NCBI GenBank assembly: GCA_025454815.1
Contig: JALONR010000005.1
Span: 14,134 to 78,133 of the forward strand
Direction: 5' to 3'
Source of the DNA: Bacteroidales bacterium
GTDB taxonomy: Bacteria; Bacteroidota; Bacteroidia; Bacteroidales; VadinHA17
DNA: 64,000 nucleotides
Shown here: positions 59,492 through 64,000 of the stretch, piece after piece
How positions within the stretch are numbered: position 1 is the stretch's first letter
How the letters are laid out: every line of letters starts with the position of its first letter
Position numbers and translations under genes: made by a program
The notes under the pieces: generated by a model
What the model was told of the DNA's origin: nothing
The model's input: only the letters and a program-made list of their open reading frames with translations
The model's database searches: none

Positions 59492-59872
59492 ATGAAAAAA
59501 CATTTACCCGGAATTGTCTTGTCATCAATCACTTTTATCCTTCTGGTCATTTCGCTGACCAGTGTGTCCGGACAGACAGGAACAGGCCAGCCGGCTGACG
59601 GAAAGCCTGTAGTCCCGGATTCAGTTGCACAAAATCTTGCTGAAAGGATAAAAATTTATCCCATTCCGGTCAAGAGTGAACTGATTGCCGACAATATAGA
59701 CGGGGTAACAATGATCGAGATCTTTGATGTTACGGGTAACAAGTGCATAAATGAGGTTTGTGACAACCACAACCAGGTGATCATTGAGGTTTCACAGCTG
59801 CGCAAGGGCATTTATTTCATAAGGTTCATCTCGCCACGCGTCACCATTATGAAAAGATTTATCAAGGAATAA
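59492..59872 (+). CDS. Small T9SS type-A sorting (CTD) domain protein
   Basis: Signal peptide (..VSG/Q), ~25-aa linker, then IKIYPIPV...IEIFDVTG...L.KGIYFI....KRFIKE. Confidence 0.85.
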   Translation: MKKHLPGIVLSSITFILLVISLTSVSGQTGTGQPADGKPVVPDSVAQNLAERIKIYPIPVKSELIADNIDGVTMIEIFDVTGNKCINEVCDNHNQVIIEVSQLRKGIYFIRFISPRVTIMKRFIKE

Positions 59873-59898
59873 CCGGCACGTTCTTTTTTTATACACTT

Positions 59899-59928
59899 AC
59901 CGCCCTGGATCTTCGGGGCGGTTTTTTT
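59899..59928 (+). terminator. Intrinsic terminator
   Basis: ACCGCCCTG-GATCTT-CGGGGCGGT followed by a T-run. Confidence 0.8.
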
Positions 59929-60014
59929 GTCATCCGGCCAGCCAGATCACCCTTATGAAATCATTAGGTGCTTGCGCTATTTGTACGATCGCAGATCGCA
60001 AATCGGAACTCCAT

Positions 60015-61121
60015 TTATTCCTCCCCGTTTTCCCTTTTCAACCTGTGATAATTCTTCAGCATCTTACCAAAATGCTTTTCCCTCCTTCGTTTCTCAGCAA
60101 CGGTGGTTGTATATCTTTCCTGTTCCTTCATCATCTTCAGGTAGTTTTCATACGACTCCCTGTCGATGGTCCCTTTCTCAACCGCCTCCAGCACCGCGCA
60201 CCCCACCTCATTTAAGTGCCTGCAGTCAGGGAACCTGCATTCCAAGGCAAACCGGAGAATATCTCCGAAGGTGGTGTTCAGCCCTTCAGCATCATCTGTC
60301 AGTCCCAGTTCCTTCATCCCCGGGGTATCTATGATGATACTGCCGTTTTCAAGAACAAAGAGTTCCCTGTGTTCTGTCACGTGTCGCCCTTTATTGGTGC
60401 TGGTGCTGATAGCTCCTGTCCTCAGGGCCTCCCTCTGAAGCAGGGTATTAATGAGTGTGGACTTACCCACCCCCGATGATCCGATTACACAATAGGTAAT
60501 TCCCCTTTTCATCATGCTGATCACCTTGTCAATACCTTCCCTGGTTACGTTACTTAGCATAATATGCTTCACGCTGCTCTCACGTTTTTCCAGGGCTCTG
60601 ACAACTGCGTCCATCTCATCCCTTGTGACGAGATCTGTCTTGCTGAGTACGAGAAGAGGTTCAATTCCGGCTGAGTAGCATACTGTCAGATACCGTTCGA
60701 GCCGGTTTATATTGAAGTTGTTGCTGATGGCCTGGACGATGAAGGCATAGTCAATATTTGCCGATATTATCTGTATCTCTCCGGGTTTGCCCACTGCCTG
60801 ACGGGTAAGCAACGACTTCCTGGGCAGAATCCCATTTATGACAGCCTGGTCAGGGCCGTAGGGAGTAATTGTCACCCAATCGCCCACAGCAGGGAAATCC
60901 CTCCTGGAAACGGCTGAGTACCTCATGTTTCCGGTTATTTCCGCATCATACTCGTTTTTTCCGTCAGACACTGCGTATCGTTCCCGGTGCTCACGTATCA
61001 CCCTCGCTATAAGTGACGGATCCCCGGGGTTTTTCATGATATAATTCTCCAACTCAGGAGTAAGGCCCAGTTCCCTTAGCCTTTTTCCAGGATGTCCTGA
61101 ATTGTTTTTATCTGAGATCAT
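60015..61121 (-). CDS. rsgA: Ribosome small subunit-dependent GTPase A
   Basis: PAVGDWV, ANID, RLERYL, SKTD, GSSGVGKSTLIN, GRHVT, IDTPG, C.F.DC.H..E.GC. Confidence 0.95.
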   Translation of the reverse strand: MISDKNNSGHPGKRLRELGLTPELENYIMKNPGDPSLIARVIREHRERYAVSDGKNEYDAEITGNMRYSAVSRRDFPAVGDWVTITPYGPDQAVINGILPRKSLLTRQAVGKPGEIQIISANIDYAFIVQAISNNFNINRLERYLTVCYSAGIEPLLVLSKTDLVTRDEMDAVVRALEKRESSVKHIMLSNVTREGIDKVISMMKRGITYCVIGSSGVGKSTLINTLLQREALRTGAISTSTNKGRHVTEHRELFVLENGSIIIDTPGMKELGLTDDAEGLNTTFGDILRFALECRFPDCRHLNEVGCAVLEAVEKGTIDRESYENYLKMMKEQERYTTTVAEKRRREKHFGKMLKNYHRLKRENGEE

Positions 61122-61849
61122 TTCCGTAAAGCAAGGTCAAGGGTATGGTTCAGAAGTTCGGGTCCGCCGTGTGAGCCATGCCCCGGGATGACTGTTTCTG
61201 CTCCGGGGAATTTCCTGATAATCCATTCCACAGTTGATGCATACGCATCCGTGTCACCGTCTGCAGTGTTTCCCAGGTCCCGGGAATCGGCGCTCTTGCA
61301 GATGCAACCGGGGAAAAGGATTCTTTCCGAGGGGATCCATACAACTATATTGTCCATGGAGTGTGCGGCACCGGGAAAGTAACAGATGATCTCTCTTCTG
61401 CCGTGATTGAGCGTAAGTGAGTCAATAAATGCATGATCAGGAACCGGGAGGTTTTTTGCCATGGCGATCTCCCGCGTGAGTCTGCCGGAGTATGAATTAA
61501 CCTTCCTGCTCTTCAGGTAGCCGAGCCCGCCCATGCAGTCCTCATGCCAGTGGTTCGGGACAAAACCTTCTATCCTAAGTCCCATCTCATCCTCCAGGAA
61601 GGATACCAGCAATTCGGTCAGGCTGTCGTTCCAGGGTGTATCAAACAGATAAGCCTTATGCCTGTCAGTGTATACCAGTCCGTTTGCCGGTACACGTCCA
61701 TAACCAGGCAACACCGTGTACGAAACATGAATCAGGGCATTTTCAGATATTCTTATAAGCTCCAGGTTATCTGAGATTTTAATTGTATCCTGAGACCTGA
61801 CTGCCTGTTGCCCGAGGAAAATGACTATAAATAAGATGACTTTCTTCAT
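61118..61849 (-). CDS. Subclass B1 metallo-beta-lactamase (CfiA/CcrA-like)
   Basis: Signal peptide; NGL, DTPW, NHWHEDCMGG (H116-H118-D120), AHSMDN (H196), FPGC (C221), LGN, PGHG (H263). Confidence 0.9.
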   Translation of the reverse strand: MKKVILFIVIFLGQQAVRSQDTIKISDNLELIRISENALIHVSYTVLPGYGRVPANGLVYTDRHKAYLFDTPWNDSLTELLVSFLEDEMGLRIEGFVPNHWHEDCMGGLGYLKSRKVNSYSGRLTREIAMAKNLPVPDHAFIDSLTLNHGRREIICYFPGAAHSMDNIVVWIPSERILFPGCICKSADSRDLGNTADGDTDAYASTVEWIIRKFPGAETVIPGHGSHGGPELLNHTLDLALRK

Positions 61850-61878
61850 TGAATGAAGTGATTGGGGAGCCAAAATAC

Positions 61879-61906
61879 AAAAAAATGCCGCATCAGGTGC
61901 GGCATT
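61879..61906 (-). terminator. Intrinsic terminator
   Basis: AATGCCGCA-TCAGG-TGCGGCATT with an A-run on the left (U-tract on the minus strand). Confidence 0.75.
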
Positions 61907-61927
61907 AAACATTGGTGAATAACAGCA

Positions 61928-62320
61928 TCAATCCCTTCCGAACAACCTGACAACGGCCTTTCTGCCTCTCAGGGTGTTGGCGTCATACCAGAACTCAACG
62001 CTTTTTACTACCCGTTCGTCACCGGCAAGGTCAATGACCCTTGAGGCACCTCTTGCAGGAATGGTGTTCCTCAGTTCTATCTCCTGCCTCCGGCCGTTTC
62101 CGTATATAACCACCACCCTGTGAAAATCAACGGATGCTCCCTTTACCCTGATCTGCAATGCATTCAGGTCGCCCCTGGCTGCCGTTACCATTATAATATC
62201 ATGATCAATCCTGTCATTAACGACTCTTTCACCCAGGAATTTCCAGCCTGCTCTCTGACCGTTCAGGTGGAATGCGGATATGATCAGCAACAATGCAAGT
62301 AATGATAGTCTTGTTTTCAT
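61928..62320 (-). CDS. Small exported beta-sandwich protein (DUF2541/YaaI-like)
   Basis: Signal peptide; W..LG...V....DHD.I.V, V.YGNG, SRVIDL.G..R....V.FWY. Confidence 0.7.
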   Translation of the reverse strand: MKTRLSLLALLLIISAFHLNGQRAGWKFLGERVVNDRIDHDIIMVTAARGDLNALQIRVKGASVDFHRVVVIYGNGRRQEIELRNTIPARGASRVIDLAGDERVVKSVEFWYDANTLRGRKAVVRLFGRD

Positions 62321-62342
62321 TTTTTTCAGTTTTTGTTCCCGT

Positions 62343-62370
62343 TTGACGATTCAAAAAGTAAAAGGTTTAA
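62343..62370 (-). promoter_or_regulatory. ECF-sigma-type promoter
   Basis: Minus strand TTAAAC-N16-CGTCAA, ~22 nt upstream of the ATG at 62320. Confidence 0.6.
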
Positions 62371-62410
62371 CGCGTAATGAACCTGAATGTTCTTCAACTT
62401 CATAGCCACA

Positions 62411-62490
62411 TAAGAAAGAAAGCTGCATTTTATGCAGCCTCTTTCCTTGTTTACCTGAAACCAACCAAAGGAGATTTTTATTCATCTCTT
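62411..62490 (-). ncRNA. Candidate ~80-nt ECF-dependent small RNA
   Basis: Starts just after TGTAAAC-N16-CGTCTA; 5' hairpin GAGAT/ATCTC, U/G-rich single-stranded middle, 3' hairpin GAAAGAGGCTGCAT/ATGCAGCTTTCTTTC plus U-rich tail. Confidence 0.42.
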
Positions 62491-62496
62491 ATAATA

Positions 62497-62525
62497 TAGA
62501 CGGAGAAACTCAGGAAAAGTTTACA
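62497..62525 (-). promoter_or_regulatory. ECF-sigma-type promoter
   Basis: Minus strand TGTAAAC-N16-CGTCTA; same boxes and spacing as 62343-62370. Confidence 0.6.
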
Positions 62526-62596
62526 AATAGGCGGAAAAAAAATTCACATACCCGGAACTGGCTGCATAATAGCCTGGTATCATGATGGTTTTACCG

Positions 62597-63055
62597 TTAC
62601 GGTTTTCTTTTCTGAAGTTTCGGGTGTATCTCCAGCAGTAACGGCATCGCAGCAGTGCCGTACCACTGATACATCTCAGTGACAAAAATCCCGTTTGTGA
62701 CTGTCGGATCACCCCTGACCAGTTCCTCTGCCTCTTCTATTGTTCTGACATCAGACAAAAACAGTCCGCGGTACTGGTTGTCGTTGGCTGAAAAAGGCCC
62801 GGCTGTCACCAGCTTCCCCTCTCCCGCAAGTTTATCCATATTTGAGAAGTGTCCCCGGAACAGACTGTCACGCAGTTCCTTGTCCTCAATTTTTGCAGGA
62901 CCAGATTTCAGGATCACCAGGACATAGGTTTTCATTCCGAGGTCATCAGCACCGAGTTTCGCCGCAAGCGCCGGGTCATATCCGGGTTGTTCTTCCTGTG
63001 AGAAAACCATAAGTGAGGAAGTAATGAACAGAGCTGCTAAAAGGATTCTTCTCAT
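62597..63055 (-). CDS. Exported YciI family protein
   Basis: Signal peptide; YD..LA..LGAD..GMK.Y, GHF.NM..LA..GKL..AGPF, DP. Confidence 0.85.
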   Translation of the reverse strand: MRRILLAALFITSSLMVFSQEEQPGYDPALAAKLGADDLGMKTYVLVILKSGPAKIEDKELRDSLFRGHFSNMDKLAGEGKLVTAGPFSANDNQYRGLFLSDVRTIEEAEELVRGDPTVTNGIFVTEMYQWYGTAAMPLLLEIHPKLQKRKP

Positions 63056-63181
63056 AACTCAAATGTTAGATGACACATAGAATAACAAACAATATTCTTT
63101 TAAGTTTTTCAGGATCAAAAATGAGTCTTAAGAATTTGGATTATATTTGCAGCCGCTATGCCCGCAGGCTACAGCGAGTCA

Positions 63182-63268
63182 GGAGAGATGCCAGAGTGGT
63201 CGATTGGGGCGGTCTCGAAAACCGTTGTCCGGGCAACTGGACCGAGGGTTCGAATCCCTCTCTCTCCG
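63182..63268 (+). tRNA. tRNA-Ser (anticodon CGA)
   Basis: Acceptor GGAGAGA/TCTCTCC plus G73, anticodon loop CT-CGA-AA, long variable arm GTCCGG-GCAA-CTGGAC, T arm GAGGG-TTCGAAT-CCCTC; CCA not encoded; TATATTTG promoter at 63142. Confidence 0.98.
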
Positions 63269-63461
63269 CAACTGATAATACAGGCCGTACTGCTGGAAGG
63301 CAGTACGGCTTCTGTTTTTTTAGAACTTCGCCGAAGGAGCTTGCTCATGAAGCGAAGGAATGAAAACAGAAGTCCATGCGCCCCGCGCATGCCTGTATTG
63401 TCAGTTGCATGTTCCCCAACAAGGGATAACGACTGCAGGGAGTAATCCCTCTCTCTCCACA
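63268..63461 (+). other. Structured 191-bp tRNA-linked module ending in a duplicate of the tRNA 3' end
   Basis: Direct repeat AATCCCTCTCTCTCC at 63253-63267 and 63444-63458; 18-bp closing stem 63268-63285/63391-63408 enclosing three sub-stems. Confidence 0.75.
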
Positions 63462-63472
63462 GACAAGATCAT

Positions 63473-63507
63473 TAATCGCTTGTATATTAATATATTACAA
63501 GCGATTA
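63473..63507. repeat. AT-rich inverted repeat after the duplicated tRNA end
   Basis: TAATCGCTTGTA-N11-TACAAGCGATTA, perfect 12-bp arms. Confidence 0.75.
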
Positions 63508-63591
63508 TTTTATATTTCATTCATGATTACATACAATAATAGAGTATGACTAACTTATACTTGGGCCTATTTTCCCATTCTCCCAGGTATG

Positions 63592-64000
63592 TTAAACTTT
63601 TGTCAATCGATCTGAGATCATTTTTGATGAAACGGCCTTATTAAAAGAATTACCTCCTTCACAATGTATCCCTACTACTTTCCCAGTTTCAACATCTAGT
63701 ATTGCTGACCCCGAATTCCCCCCTAATGTTGTGCAATCATGATGGATCATATTGCCATTTTTGCTCACTATTCTTCCAGGCGCTATTCGTTTAACATCAT
63801 AGATATCTCCGAAAATCCTCTTCATCACCTGCTCAATCCTTGGGGATACCCGGGAATCTTTCCAGGGATAACCGACCGTAACAATAACATCGTCTATTGA
63901 GGAATCGGCATTGAGTTCAAGCGGTTCGATATGTTCATCAAGTCTAATCCTGAAAAATGCAATATCTGGTCCCGGGAGTGGCTCAATATACAACGTTTCA
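63592..64000 (-). CDS. Trypsin-like serine protease (C-terminal part, runs off right edge)
   Basis: Frame open to the window edge (ETLYIEP..GPDIAFF, catalytic Asp), VGYP, HDCTTLGGNSGS (catalytic Ser), VVGIH. Confidence 0.88.
   Translation of the reverse strand, partial: ETLYIEPLPGPDIAFFRIRLDEHIEPLELNADSSIDDVIVTVGYPWKDSRVSPRIEQVMKRIFGDIYDVKRIAPGRIVSKNGNMIHHDCTTLGGNSGSAILDVETGKVVGIHCEGGNSFNKAVSSKMISDRLTKV

Noticed and set aside
60015-62320. Mobilised resistance cassette around the metallo-beta-lactamase
   Set aside because: No IS, integrase, attC or target duplication nearby; composition resembles the host.
63070-63445. ORFs 63070-63363, 63158-63445 and 63169-63390
   Set aside because: They overlap tRNA-Ser and the structured module; no protein motifs.

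Overview
Mostly core chromosome of a Bacteroidota (Bacteroidales-like) bacterium, judged from a SusC gene, the gldJ-porP / porU-porV-ispF type IX secretion locus, alaS-M23-MerR and recR-SSS synteny, and many TAnnTTTG promoters. Left to right: a partial SusC with a divergent FadR regulator; a tightly coupled 8-gene operon for a glycosylated, acylated carotenoid with no cyclase; a stand-alone GMP synthase ATP-pyrophosphatase subunit; folC, PIN-PhoH, mtaB, murF; T9SS/gliding genes; hutU; two M23 peptidases separated by 52-53 bp tandem repeats; alaS; an acyl-CoA ligase; recR; three tandem TPR-PD40 envelope proteins with different C-terminal anchors; a PAS-LuxR regulator; GH20, RlmN, a cation-chloride cotransporter, a CTD-only T9SS cargo, rsgA and an intact CfiA-like B1 metallo-beta-lactamase; then tRNA-Ser(CGA) and the edge of an AT-richer region encoding a trypsin-like protease. 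The most notable unexplained signals are non-coding. (1) A 191-bp, multi-stem module sits between the tRNA-Ser 3' end and a duplicate of that end. (2) A candidate sRNA lies behind a perfect NarL-type 7-2-7 box after the PAS-LuxR gene and is complementary to the translation-initiation region of the acyl-CoA ligase gene 13 kb away. (3) A second candidate sRNA lies behind an ECF-sigma-type promoter. No integrase, transposase, reverse transcriptase or CRISPR array was seen. All calls come from reading motifs by eye; no searches were run.
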